Of a stretch of 64,000 bases of DNA, positions 1 to 13,700 are shown piece by piece. The position numbers were made by a program, and so were the translations under genes. The notes under the pieces were generated by a model that was not told the DNA's origin, did not search any database, and saw nothing but the letters and a program-made list of their open reading frames with translations. The first letter of the stretch is position 1; the number at the start of each line of letters is the position of its first letter. Location of the stretch: the NCBI GenBank assembly GCA_030141605.1, contig JAQGDQ010000090.1, forward strand, positions 310,001 to 374,000. The letters are read 5' to 3'. The stretch comes from Tubiluchus corallicola (taxonomy: Eukaryota > Animalia > Priapulida).

Positions 1-693
1 ATGACTGAATTCTAGAAATTTAAATTATTTTGTTCATTATTAAAAATTGTTTGCATGAACAACCGAGTTAGTATGATCGCACAAAAAATTATAATCTAAT
101 TACTGAATCAATCTCGTACAAAATGTCAAGTCAACCTAGTTCTCAAACTTTTAAATCTAGTTTTAAATCAAAACCCGCTGATTAAAAGTAACTGTTTAGT
201 AAAAGCCAGAATGAGTAGAGCGTCTAACATCGGCGTCATCAACACGAATGACACGCAAGAAACATTACAGGCGAAGAGATTGTTATAAATTAAACATGGC
301 TGAAGACAAAGAAGTGAACATTGCTGAAACTGAATATACTGTCGAACATAAAAGCGGTAGCAGCCATGCGGTTATTGATGCTGACGCGCCACACACGGAA
401 GAATCTGATCAAGATCATACAAGACTCTAGAAAAGTTTGTTGTTATGTGTATTGTCCGCATTGATATTAGTTTTATTCACGATATTTGTTATCTGTTACT
501 TTGCAATTGCCTTACATTTGAATAAAAGAGCGGGGAGGTTGATAATAAGTGTCTTCCTAATATATTGCTAACGGCATTCACTCTTGCAAGAAAAACTGAC
601 AAAAACAAAATATATGGTCGAAAGGTAAAAATCTAAATAGATGATATATTGATTCATCTTTTGAAATTTGCTAAAAAGAAATAGGCGCATGAT

Positions 694-1089
694 CAGGGCC
701 ACCGGGATTACGAGCTTTTCGGGCCACCAGGTTAATAAAATTATGGACTTCCTCAGAAGTAACCACCCTCTAATTTGCTCGCACCCGTCTCGAATATTTG
801 TATTTGCGACATATTTTAGTAATATTTGCATAGCTGGGGCCCCTATATTTCATATAAAGGGCTTCAAAAGGGGGGTCTTATGTCAAATAAAGGGCCTTAA
901 GGGCTCCTCGTCTCAAACAAAAGGCCTCAAACAGAGATTCTTAATCTCAAAAGAGGAGCCACTTTAAAATTGGATTTTCAGACTTCCAGGCCTCCTTTCT
1001 TGAAGTGACCAATGCAAAGTATGCCCCCTCACAAGCCCGAGGAACCCCAGGCTGCAGCCTATACTAGCTTATAAGGTAATCCGTCCCTG
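694..1089. mobile_element. Possible degenerate hAT-type MITE
   Basis: Ends cagggcc..ggatta / taatccgtccctg are imperfect inverted repeats, and the interior is rich in gggcc motifs. The TSD is weak. Confidence 0.35.
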
Positions 1090-2547
1090 CGTAGAATCAT
1101 CGTTGTGCAAGCATGGCTAAAAAGTGAAGAACAGCAAAAGTTAAAAACTTCCATAAACAAACTTCTAAAATCTTGAATTCTTTATGTTGGTAAACATATC
1201 TTAACTCCTAGCAATAAGCCTATGCAACAATTAACAATAATCCATTTTAATATCATTAAACGATACATAAACGAAGCCTTATATGCACACAATATATATG
1301 TGCGCATAATTTGCCTTTTTTTTGTTAAATGTTCATAAATTATTGAAGTTTCGAAAATGTTCAAGAAATGAGATGCAAAATGAGTTACTAAAAAGAATAC
1401 TTTGCATCACAATGAAAACCCAAGTTACTCAAAATGAGTGTGTTGGGAATCACACTACATACCTAAGTTAGTGATACTGTAAACCCTTGTTGCTCAAATC
1501 TTGTATCCAAGAAATGTGTGTCATGATACTAATTCAGTGTTCTGAGTTTGGGTTACGCAGTTTTTAGTTTGAACAATTCGCCCACTGAGATTTACAATCG
1601 GCATCAAAGTAGTCAAAATGAGCAAACTTATTTAAGAGCAAGACTTCGATTTCGAAACTTCAAAAGTCCAAGTTGCACTCAGATCAAGTACGGCAAATGT
1701 AGATCTACTCATTGTCCGCAGCACACTAATTTACATGTTATATACATTGATTATTAACTTGCGTAAAAATTACATAATCATATTGTGTAGTATATGTATA
1801 ACTGTTTAAGTAAGTATATTACTCAAAGCAAAGCTTTATTGGAAAATTACATTACAAAGTTTGCAAATATCTTTTCAAAAAATTAGTCTAGATTTTACCT
1901 TTTTAGATATCCTTAGGCCTTGTCTTTTCCACAACTGGAGATGCTCTTCAGATTTTTGCCTCTAATTTCGCGAGTACGTAGTTCTTTCTCTGCATGACAG
2001 TTTTAGCAGTTGTTCATTTCACCTACATAATTGCTTTTGGTTTCAAACCGGTCAACATTCCGGAGGGGTTTGCCTGTGGCTTGCTCGCTGGTGGCTTTTT
2101 AATCTTCATGTTGCCACGTTTAAAAGGAGTGATGTACCAGCAGTTCTGATCTACGCTATTGTGATTTCTTGTGTGGTTTGTCGGACTATCGCTAGATCGG
2201 AGTTTTTGCAATTAAAATGGAGTTGGCGGAGAATAGCTGCAGCTTCAACTTCTTTGTCTCCGATTTCAGCATTGCTTTGAACAAGCATGTTGTGCTTATA
2301 CCAGGTTTGGATTATCTCATAATGAGCACATTATTATGCAAGACAACTGCTAATAACGCTTTCTATTCTGGATCCTTACTTGTGACATCATCTTTAAATT
2401 GTGATCATGTGAAATTATGAATTTGATTAATGTAAAAAATCTTTGAAGGTGCAACGTGCTTCACTACGATATTACAGATACCATTATAGATGTAGAGTAC
2501 AACACTTCTCTATTTTTCTTGGTTTCGAAACGTCAACAGTTCAGTTC

Positions 2548-2624
2548 CACCACCACCACCACCACCACCACCACCACCACCACCACCACCACCACCACCA
2601 CCACAATCACTATCATATCATCGC

Positions 2625-2717
<93 letters not shown>

Positions 2718-2718
2718 T

Positions 2719-2759
<41 letters not shown>

Positions 2760-2760
2760 A
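2548..2760. repeat. Compound (CAC)n/(CAT)n microsatellite
   Basis: Directly visible trinucleotide runs. Confidence 0.97.
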
Positions 2761-4691
2761 GTCACGCCTATATGACACACAAGTAGCAACACATTTATTT
2801 ACTTATTTGTAATTATAAGGAAACTAATTCTGAATTATAGCAACAAGGAAACTAACGCAAGTTACAGAGACGCTATCAACTGAGTAAGACGCCCTTCAAA
2901 CAGCAGTGCTAGTAAAGCACCTTACGAACTTGAAATCAATCTTTATGCACTTAGGAGCTTAAATGAAAATAGCTACCGCGAGAGTCGCCCCAAAACAACA
3001 GACAGCCGGGCCAGGTTGCAGATGTTTGTCAATTAAATTTTCATATGTTCATATTCACTTGCCTGTAGCAAGGATTCCAGATTCAATTACTTACTTTACT
3101 CGTACAGTATTACCCTCTATATGTATTCCACTTAATGTAAATTGATACCAATGGCATAAGTTTACATTCCCTTCAAGTCTGCCAACTTGTCAAACGAATG
3201 TGATGCAGAGGAATCCATTTAGGGCCATGCTAATTATAACATCTGATAGAGATTTTGCTTTTACGTGTACTGGAATAAAGAGCAAAACTGGTATAATAGC
3301 GTTGTCTCATACTAATTTTCATTGAATGAAGTTATTTTAGCGTATTCTTGCACTTTTTATTTTGGTTGTAAACTTAGACCTCTGGACGGTTGCTATCAAA
3401 TTGCTAGAGAACTTGTCTGGAATACGAAGCCTTGGATTACTTGTTTACAATTTTTTTCTACCACTTACCTGAATATATGTCATTTAGTTCGCCTTTTATT
3501 GTTTTGATTGCGAGTATGATAGTCATTTAAAACACAATATATCGTATCGTTACTATAGAATCTGTCTTACCGTAAAAATTTAGAATACGTATTACCTGTA
3601 TTAACTCTGACGCGTAACAGTATAAAAACTGCCTGAAAATTTATTATTTGAACGACAACAAAAATAACATCACGGCGAAATAAACAGGTTTTTAGAGTTT
3701 AACACTAATCAGTGCTTATAGTGAACATTATTAAATTTTTGCTGTACATGTTTAGTCTGTAGACCTACAGACTATACAATTATTATTAAGAATAACCACA
3801 GCTGTTTTAAAGTTTAGGGCAAAGTTCAAATGTTTTATTTTAAAATTAATTAAACTCAACAAGGTTCTTCTCCATGCGGAGCGATTTCTTGTATCTTATT
3901 GGCTTCACATACCCCTGTTAGTTGCTTAAATTACCGGTAGATGGCAAAAGTTGCATGTAAACGCTTGTAGCGGCCTTAGCGCTGTTTGTATACAATCTAT
4001 GGCTGCCATTGATTACTGGCGAAGAAAGAAGTGTTCTGACTTATGAGACTTGTTGTGTAGTTTTTCCAGCGTGTAGATTTGTACAACATTTACTAATAAT
4101 TCTGCGCACATTATTATTGGAGGTAGTAGACTTGTAAATATTGTTTGCGTATTATCATTAGTATTCTTTGCGAAATTGTTCGCGTTACGATTAATTCAGA
4201 GCCGTAAAGTGCCGCTTGTTAGACAAAGAACGATATCTGCTGTTTATATTATATTAATATTGACAAGTTTCTAGTGTTATCTGTGTGTAATTTTGAAACA
4301 TTGAGACATGCTGTATTCTCGGTTGTTATCTTGTGCGTGTTATATGCAGCCAGTGTGTGAGTGAACGAACTCTGGACTGGATAAAGCTGACAGCAACTTG
4401 GCTTCTACAGTGGATGTTTGCTTGATTTTTTTTCAATCGATAACGATGAGTGGCTGAGCTTATCTGTATTATACTGTACCAGGTTATCTGTTGTGTTCAT
4501 AACAACTTAAAACATAATAAAAAGTGTCATAAAGCAAAAATACGTAGTATAAATAAGTGTGTGCTGTTTGTCAATGAACTACATCTGAAATCAAATAACC
4601 AATATTATTGCCTGTGTTTTGACGACTGTAAAGTCGAGCTAAAATTCACTGCTGGATATATTGGTGCATACTAGGCGTGGAATAAATAATT

Positions 4692-4743
4692 ATGTCTGGA
4701 ATATTCTTCATAACTGGAGTTATGATCCTCAGTAATTTTGCAG
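4692..4743 (+). CDS. Dscam: Putative first coding exon, signal peptide MSGIFFITGVMILSNFA
   Basis: ATG plus 17 mostly hydrophobic codons ending GCA G|gtgcgt (phase 1). Joins in frame to the acceptor at 19091 to give ...NFAEITVSSDASHMGPSF. Implies a 14.3-kb first intron. Confidence 0.7.
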
Positions 4744-7700
4744 GTGCGTATGAAATTAATTAATCAAATCCTAATTTGAAAAATTGACATTAATTAGGCA
4801 TATCAGCATTTCTTTAACAAGGCAATGAAAAATCACTTAACAGTTTCTCTAGTGCTCAGTCTAGTGGACTTTTACCTGAGGTTCTGCATAATAGTTATTG
4901 TGTATATTATACCTGGTATTTTCTGCACGGAAATATGTACACTAAACTATAGACATGTACATCTTGTTATATGTGATTTACCTGCTATGTGTTATTTGTG
5001 CAGAAATGGTAAATTAAATTATTATACTGCTGACAGTGCTGTTGCATCTTTAAGCTCTCAGCACATATATACGTTACTGTACATGTACCTGCGAAAAAGA
5101 GACTGCGTTCAAGTGACTGTGTTTGTATTGTACTTGATAAAAAGTAATACTTATAAATTATCCATAGCCTAATCAGATTAACAGTCAACAACATTTACTT
5201 TTCAATTTTGCATTACACGTACAGTTTTATAATCTTACCAATTAATTAATTTTGTGTATTAGCGCTTTGTTGTACAGTAAATGTGAAACCTTGAATATGA
5301 TATTAACGATTAAAGCTGTGGAACATCTCAAGTGATTTACGAAAATACTTAACCTTCTGTAGGTTCGTCTGACGCAGCTGTTTGGTATGTTATCTCGATA
5401 GTCATTGCAAACACATGTCCAAATCCTTTTTGTATTTCTGCTGCTGGCGTTTGCCCGATACGAAAGCATGTTGCTTGACCTGAGTTATAAAAATGAAAAA
5501 GAGGTAATTCTGGAGAGAAAATGCTGAAAATTTAATGTATGATCCTCGTTCCGTCTGGATTAAAACTGGCATTTGAAATACATGTGCCAGCAAAACAATT
5601 CATTTTCAAATTATGTCAGCTGCGCGGACTAAACTAAAATTTGTGAAATATAAGTCTACGCCAAAATTCCAAATCACGTATTATATTAATTAGAAAATTA
5701 ATTAAATAAAAACTAATTACTTGTTAAGTTGCTAGCTAGTTATTTTATTAGCCTTTTGTACAAATTAATTTTATACAGTGCTGTTATGAGCCTGACTAGC
5801 ATTCCATTGAAAGTTGCTTATGTTTTGATTTTGGCCTGTAAAAATATCATTGAAATGCTTATTGTGTCGGTATCATATAAACATGATCTTGAAATCAACT
5901 ATACAGCAGTAACTGTACATTACTAACAGCTTATTGTTCAACGAATTTACTAGGCTGTTGGGGCGCTTATAGCGGTACCTAAATCTTGATCATTCACCAC
6001 GCACAGGTACTGCGTCTGGATTTCTCCTCGCAGCAGGTGCAATAATGTAAGACCATCTGCTGCTTTGTTTGACTTCGTGCGGCCTTTAAATGCACAGGTG
6101 ATGCCAATCTTAAACTTATAGCAGAAATTGCACCTGTTTATCGCACAATTTTCAACTCTAAACCGGTCCACGAACAAGGCTGTTTTTGCTGATGATTACA
6201 TTGTGATTGTGCCTTGCTTTTGAGAATAAGAAATTGTCGATGGCTGACGAAGAGTTCTGTAATATCTGCCCGTACGCTAAGCGTCTGTAATTATGCTCAA
6301 ATGGGGCGTCTTTTCCGGTCTTTAATGCTAAATGTTCATAGCTGACATTTTAACCAAGCTACAGCATCTCAGCTTATTAGACAGCTAATCTTGCAATCAA
6401 TTGTTTGAACTTGTACCTAATGTTCCTGCTACTCTCCTAATATAAATCTTATAAGCTCCTTTTACAGGTTTAAAGTGCTGTAGATTTTTCTTATATTTTT
6501 CGTTTGTGGTATTGATACTGTCAGTAACTCTTGTGGCCTGAAGATCAGGCTTATAATCTGATGGTTCCTGATGCAAATAGAAGCTTAGCTCTTTTAAAGT
6601 ACATGATTTTCTGTATATAAAGAGTTGCCTCAGTAACTGTACTATTGTCGTTTATTGCGGTGATTGCAGAAGTTTTCATAGGCTTTGACAAGTTTTGAGC
6701 ACAATGCCCTTGGCAAGAGTGACGCAGCTGGTGTTGTGCTTTCATGAATGAGCGACTTAGCTTTACTATAGTATATACGCAAATAATTATAGTCCCTACA
6801 CGCGCATCTGTTATATTGTTTAGCTGCAGCAGACTGCAGTTTGCGGTGACGCTTCTTTTTAACCTTGTCAGGTGAAAGTGGTGCGTCTGTCCGTGTTTTT
6901 GTACGATTTGCAAAACAATTTAGAAGCTCAGTGTAAACAGAGTCTCGCTTTCTTAGTTTTTCTGTGCGTTTATCAAAGGTCCGATTAAATTCACGGTTTA
7001 TCAGTTTTTTGAATCACTAAGTTGGTGTTGATAAGAATGGAGAGCTGCTTAAAACTGATTTGTAGATTTATAGATAAGATTATGGCTTGCGATTATGTAT
7101 GTTTACAACCTGAAATAAAAGAATAAATAAATACTGTAAAACTAATTCACCCGTTCATGTGCATAAACTGCGTGTTATTGTCTAGATCCACCAACCTTAT
7201 TATTTTAAAAACCACGTTTAAATATGGAAAAAATTAAGCCTTCAAAAGTTTTTACTCGCAAATACAATAAACTTTGCGATTGAATAGCTTGATTTTTCGA
7301 TGGCGACAGATCCATGCATCTTCTCTTGTGATGGGTGCCGAGTAGCCTAGGTCAATTATGTCCATAACCTCAGAGATCGGAGTCATTTTTAGTGACTGAC
7401 AAACAAATATGCATTAAGCTTAAAAAGTCTGCATTTAGGCAGGTTCTGATTTAACAGGTGTTTTGTTGACCAATGTATGACCTTAGTATAAAAAAACAAA
7501 CATAACTGAAACATTGCAACGTGTCACAGTCTGAGATGGAAGGAGTTTATAATTCCCCACACATTTTAAATATCATAACCTCAACCCTAGCCTTAATCCG
7601 CTTCAGGAACTAATTTCTTGTGTGTGAGGAAGTTTCGCCTTTGAGTTCAAGAAGACTTTAAAATGTCATATTTTTGTACTGTATGTTACACGTCGTTTTG

Positions 7701-10700
7701 AAGTACAGTCTATGTCGGGTAAGTTACAAGCAAAGACGTTGAGTTCGGAGTCACCCCAAAATATGCGAGAATTATGGCATAGTCGCCCAACGCAACGGGC
7801 TCCTTGAAAAATGTGGCAACCTTTGGAATAATAACTTAATTTAGCGTCAAGAGGACGTGTTGACTTTTCTACGCTATGAAGTGACTCTTTCACGCTATGA
7901 ACTTTGAAGAGAGTGAAGTTGTCCACTCAATTTTAACTGGTTGACTTATTTTAATTTACTTTGGCGTAATCACTTTGATCTCCCTTTCTGCACATGACTG
8001 TCCATGTGCAAGAGCTTATTGCAATGCTTCCTGAATAAGGAATGCACAGATTTCCTATACACCTAGTGTGGGGAAAGCGAGTTAGTATTAATTAGCAGTT
8101 TAGATGCATTATAAATACCGTATAAGTTTTTTTAAAGACATTCAGGAAGTTCATTGACTAGTTTTCAATACAGTGGCATTGTGGAGAAAAACGTGCTACC
8201 TTTCAGAGCAAGACATTTATTCTCAAACTAAGAAATACTTGGCTCCCAATCTAAGAGAAAAAACGCTTGATGGAACTTCAGTCAGAAGACACACTTCGGA
8301 CTGGAAAAGAGTATATTGTGTACATAATTATGCGATATAGAGTGCAGTTGTACACGAGTTAGTTGCTCTTCTAAACTCTGTGCATCAGCAGTTATCAAAC
8401 CACAAAGGGAAGTTGAACATTGCTATACTCTTTTTTCTTTTGATGACATTTAATAATGCTCCAGTAATCTTCTCAACAACATATTTGAAAATACAGTCAG
8501 TTGCTTTTTATGAATCATGAAATAAGGATTTCTTTTTACATTTGTTTGCAATTAATAAGAAATTTAAACTTATAGATTGTTTTAGTAATTCTACTGTAAA
8601 AGAAGAATGCTGAACAAAATTATAACAATCTAAAACATGATGAAAATGATGATCGCTTTGGTAATTCGGAAATTTTGTTAATTTCTGTACTATTAAGTTT
8701 AATTACTTGACGCTTAGTTTTGCACTGTTTTCTGTGTTTTTGCTAGGGCCTTAGTAGCCGCCTGACCCATGTTTGTCTAATAAGCTTTAGTTAACTGTTT
8801 CGATAGCATCATACCTGCCAGCACCATAATGAGGTTCACTTGCTAAATATGCTTTCTAGTTTGTTCTTCAACCAATTTCCTGCAATTTACTGTGAAATGC
8901 CCTCAATTATTGGATTTTCCCTGTCTGCATTTAGTTTCAAGCATTTGAAAGACCCAACATGCACAATGGGTAAACAGAGAACTTGTAGGTCTACTCACTT
9001 AAAAACTGTGCGTGGCGTGTAAGTGGCATGGCGTCTTTGGCACATGTTTTGCGTGGGAACGCATTCATTTCATGCTGCGCTTTGACTCTAAATTCTCTTA
9101 CTCATGCGCTGTTTATGTTTTGCGAAGCTGCTACAAATTTTGCCGCGAGATTTTCCTTCTGGAGCAATGTTGAGAGACACTTCTTAGAGCTATAACGGAC
9201 TTAAGCTCTGTTTTCACGAAGTTGTCACAACTTTGTAAATCTGTTGTAATTACGGTAACTTTATTACCGCAAATGCTGTAACAGCACCGTTCATAAGTTC
9301 CGTTACAAGAAGTTTAGCTGATACTGTGTCTTTGCGCAAATAACTTGTGGCTTTCTGTAGCGGGTTTGGAGCCTGCTAGCTTGCTGTTACTGCAGTGCAT
9401 CATGGTCTTCCCTTTCTCCTGTATTTCTGAGTTCGATTATGATGTGTGGTCTTTTGCAATCCCATGTTGAAGTTATTTCAGCTTTAGTTAATCACAACAG
9501 CAATTAAGTGAAAAAAGAACGTGAAATTTGTAATTACTTGGCGCTACTGATTAGCTCCATATCTAAGACGTTTCTTCGTGAAATTGTTAAGTTCAACTTT
9601 GACGTAAATCTGTTATCCATGTTATCGGGCTTGTTTGCTTTAAGGATCAAGAAATCTTTATTTTAAAATATTTGTTAGTTAACCGTATTCTGCAATTCTA
9701 TTGTAAAAAAATTAGGTCGGTTTTGAAGTTGAAATGCACATTTGTAGGTTAAAATGGATACACTTGTAGCTCGATTAATATCCGAACTAGACCTTTCCGC
9801 CAGCCACCCATAGGCTTCGTATGTTACTGACCTGCAGAAATTGACATTTGTAGTTGTACTTGCACGCAGCCTGAAGCTTCAGTTTTTGTTTTTTTTGCAA
9901 TTTCTATCAAATTTAGGTAACAGTTGCTATCGTGTTATCATCGCAGGATTATTTTGATATCTCTAGATTTCTCAGATGTGGTTTCCATCAGTTTCCGTCT
10001 ACCCTACTCATTTAATATAATATATAATTTACGGATAGGATATGATGACCAGCTGATCATGTGTGGCGAAAGTAATAACAGCTGTTCGGTGAATCGTCTA
10101 TAATGAACCAAGAAATCTTGCTGGATGTTCACGGTTTCAACAGAATGAGATCGTGAAGCACACTAAGTGGAATGTTCGCACATTGTTGATCATTGATGGG
10201 CATACGCTACCGAGAGCTGCACACGCATCAATTAAATTTAGCGAGTATATGGATTAATGATTGTGCGCATATTAATTGCATTTATGCAATGGTATCATTG
10301 AATAGGATTTTATATGCAGACGAAGACTGTGTCTGAAAAATCACTTGCCACCTAGTTAGTTAAGAAGACGTGAAAAGCAAATTGTACGTAAATTCATTGC
10401 CTCGGGCGTATATAGATTGTCTAACTCTAAAACCCTTATCCTCGCTATCTGCCATACAATACACACATGCTTACGCTAAATTTTTCGTCCTGACTTCAAA
10501 TAGTGGGGGAAGAGTAAATACGAGGCTCACGTCACGTCATGCGTGTTCAATGGAGCCGCCGTGTATGCATACTGTCTAGTCTAAATGGCTTGGATTTTGA
10601 TAGCTAAATTGGTGCAATTTAACCAATGCGCGTAAAATTTCAGTCTTTTCACTTTTCAGAAAGAAAAATGTTGTCATCTTCTGATATACATGCTGCTGTT

Positions 10701-13700
10701 ATAGCGTTGCTAACACGTACATGTGTGTAAATTATACTAACATGTATCATTGTATGTTTGCCACTTTTTTGTAATTAATGCAGCTTTGAACGAAAGAACA
10801 TTGGTCGATCATTGGGTCTACGGCATTTATAAATGGCAGTAATTTGGGCCATCTGTAATCTATTTTGACGAAAACTGAAAGTTGAGCAATAAACATCAAA
10901 TTTCGAAGTAACACAAAGAATTTGAGTAGATGTTGTGGGAGTATAATAGTAACTTTGTAAGAATTGATGCAGCGCTTACTGCCCATGAATTCTTGTTATT
11001 CAAGTCTTTCTAGTGACCAGGGGTTACAGAGCCATGATATAGATCTTCAGTCTTGGCAACCAATAATTTACACAGCTGCCAGGAACTTTCTTTATTGACA
11101 AACTTCTACAGATGAAAATATCAGCAGGTGCACATCCTTTGTACTCCTAGGATGACCAGGTTTTTCCTCACGCCTGATGAGTTCCTGCGCAACTACCTTA
11201 ACTTGTGAACAAAAGTAAATAGACCGGTTAATCACCGTAGTTACAATTGAGCGAGCTTAGAATTTCAATTAAGATTAATTCCTGCACCCGTGTGTCCGCA
11301 TTTATATAAGCATTTAAGAGTCATAAATCTTCGTGTCATGTTCTTATGCATTCTATGAGGTCCTGGTCCATACTTCATACAATCGAAGTTTTTTCTAGAC
11401 GTTATTATAAATCTTTGCGGTAAACCCCATCTGTGTAAAGAAGTGAACGCCTTGTTATTCATTTATGTGGGGACTAGATACCACACAGGGACTTAGTACT
11501 GTACATAGCTCTAGAGGCAGTTTGGCTTGAAATTGGATCCTGATGGGGATGCCGTATAACCAATGTTAGGCTATAAATTCAGCAGTTTATGCTTTTACGA
11601 TGCGATTTTGATGTTTGGTGTCATTTTGTTTATATCGCTTTTCTGTTGACAAGTTGTTCAGACTTCACTTGTAAGGCCTGTGAAGTATATAAGGAACATT
11701 AAATGAAATGCTGACATAGACAGTCCGTTGTCATGCATTCGTTACTTCTACATTTTTCCGACTTTGCTATTATTGTTTGTTTATTAACTTGCCGTTGTTG
11801 TGTTCCTTTTGCGTTTTCAGAAATTCTCCTTGAAAAGACTTACGCGACTTTCGTTAGAGCGGGCCTTCTTTAAAGAATTGCTACTGTACGAGTCCAACTA
11901 CAAAGTTGTCTTGCGTTTTTCCAGAGAAATTCGTATTCTCTTTTTCCATCAATATGGGGCCTCCGCATTCCTAGCCAAAACTGGAAACTGGAAACGGGGT
12001 CGTTGGGTCACTGTTTTCCGATATGATATAGACTATTACTGATTAATTGATTATTATACATTTGTAACTAATTTTGTCCATACTCGTCATCTTAGTATTC
12101 TCCTAATTTCTGTAAATATGTAAGTTTTGTAAAAAAAATCGATTTCGCAATTTTGTTAATTTCCAGTAATTTTGTAATATTGTAGCTCTTTTCATAATAT
12201 TAGTTGTAGATGACGCTATTGCCAATATTCTGTCAGTCGCGTACGTTGTATGTGAGTGACTGGTATGCTGCCTCCGGTACGCATTATACATTTCTTATAC
12301 ATGTGCAATTTATTTTTACTTTGTATAGTTAAGTTTTCAATTGGCAAATAAAGATGTTATCTATCTGTCTAGCACACCCATTGATTAGCAGGCAAAAGTG
12401 AAATAACACTGATCAATGTATGAACTAAAATGTTCCAATGAGAATATATTTCATTTGCTAAAATAGTGGCAGGGCTTTTGTTACTGTGTAAGCTATCACT
12501 GTGTGTGCCAATGAATACTTTAAAAACTTTGGCACTTGAAGAGCTCATTTCCAAAGTGCTAAGTTAACAGAGAAAATGTTGTCATCGTACATACAGCCTG
12601 TCACTATTATTTTATTTGCCGTTTTGTATTTTGTTTGTAGTTTTGTCACTACAGTTACTGTGCCACTCTGCTTCAGCAGTATGAAATGCAGCATATTCAA
12701 GTGATACATTGTGTATATTGTTCACACATTTAGATGTTCTCGCAATTGCTTAAAAGCTAGTACTGCAGAGCACAGGTAAAACTGGATTATTTTGGGTCGC
12801 CATTGTCAGGCACGGGTCACTGCGTTGCTGGTGGGTTAGGTTGGGTTTCGAACATAATATCCGTGGGTGCACTGGGTCATAGGTCAGGTGTGGTAGCACT
12901 CCTCTTTGAGTTTGAGCTGAGCAGCGAGCTTATGAATAAACAATGACACAGTCGAACTGTCGAAGAAACTTGACGCAGCTCCATGCTGCATTTTTTATTT
13001 TGTAAACTGCAGCACTTCGTGTGTTTCATCCTGACTCGTTTCCTTTTATGCGTTAGGTCAGGATTTTGAGCTTGTGCTAAGGTCAGGCTTTTGAGCTTGT
13101 TCTAACTCTAAAGTCAAGTTTTTAAGCTTGTTCTAACTCTAAAGTCAGGTTTTTGAGCTTGTTCTAACTCTAAGGTCAGGTTTCTGAGCTTGTTCTAACT
13201 CTAAGGTCAGGTTTTTGAGCTTGTTCTAACTTTAAGATCAGGTTTTTGAGCTTGTTCTAACTCTAAAGTCAGGTTGTTCTAGCTTTAAGGTCAGGTTTTT
13301 GAGCTTGTTCTAACTCTAAGGTCAGGTTTTTGAGCTTGTTCTAACTCTAAGGTCAGGTTTTTGAGCTTGTTCTAACTCTAAGGTCAGGATTTTGAGCTTG
13401 TTCTAACTCTAAGGTCAGGCTTTTGAGCTTGTTCTAACTCTAAAGTCAGGTTTTTGAGCTTGTTCTAACTCTAAAGTCAGGTTGTTCTAACTCTAAGGTC
13501 AGGTTTTTGAGCTTGTTCTAACTCTAAAGTCAGGTTTTTGAGCTTGTTCTAACTCTAAGGTCAGGTTTTTGAGCTTGTGCTAACTCTAAGGTCAGGTTTT
13601 TGAGCTTGTTCTAACTCTAAGGTCAGGTTTTTGAGCTTGTGCTGTTAAAGACTTAAAATACGCAAAAAAACAGAAATCAGAAGTGCCACCTAGGTATATC

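Noticed and set aside
248-967. Short ORFs at the window start
   Set aside because: No recognisable homology or splice context. The 668-967 ORF overlaps a probable MITE.
2443-2778. Poly-H/I, poly-T/S and poly-D/V ORFs
   Set aside because: These are translation artefacts of the (CAC)n/(CAT)n microsatellite.
13054-13643. 31-bp repeat array as a possible CRISPR
   Set aside because: Units are contiguous with no unique spacers, the context is a eukaryotic intron, and there are no cas genes. It is a minisatellite.
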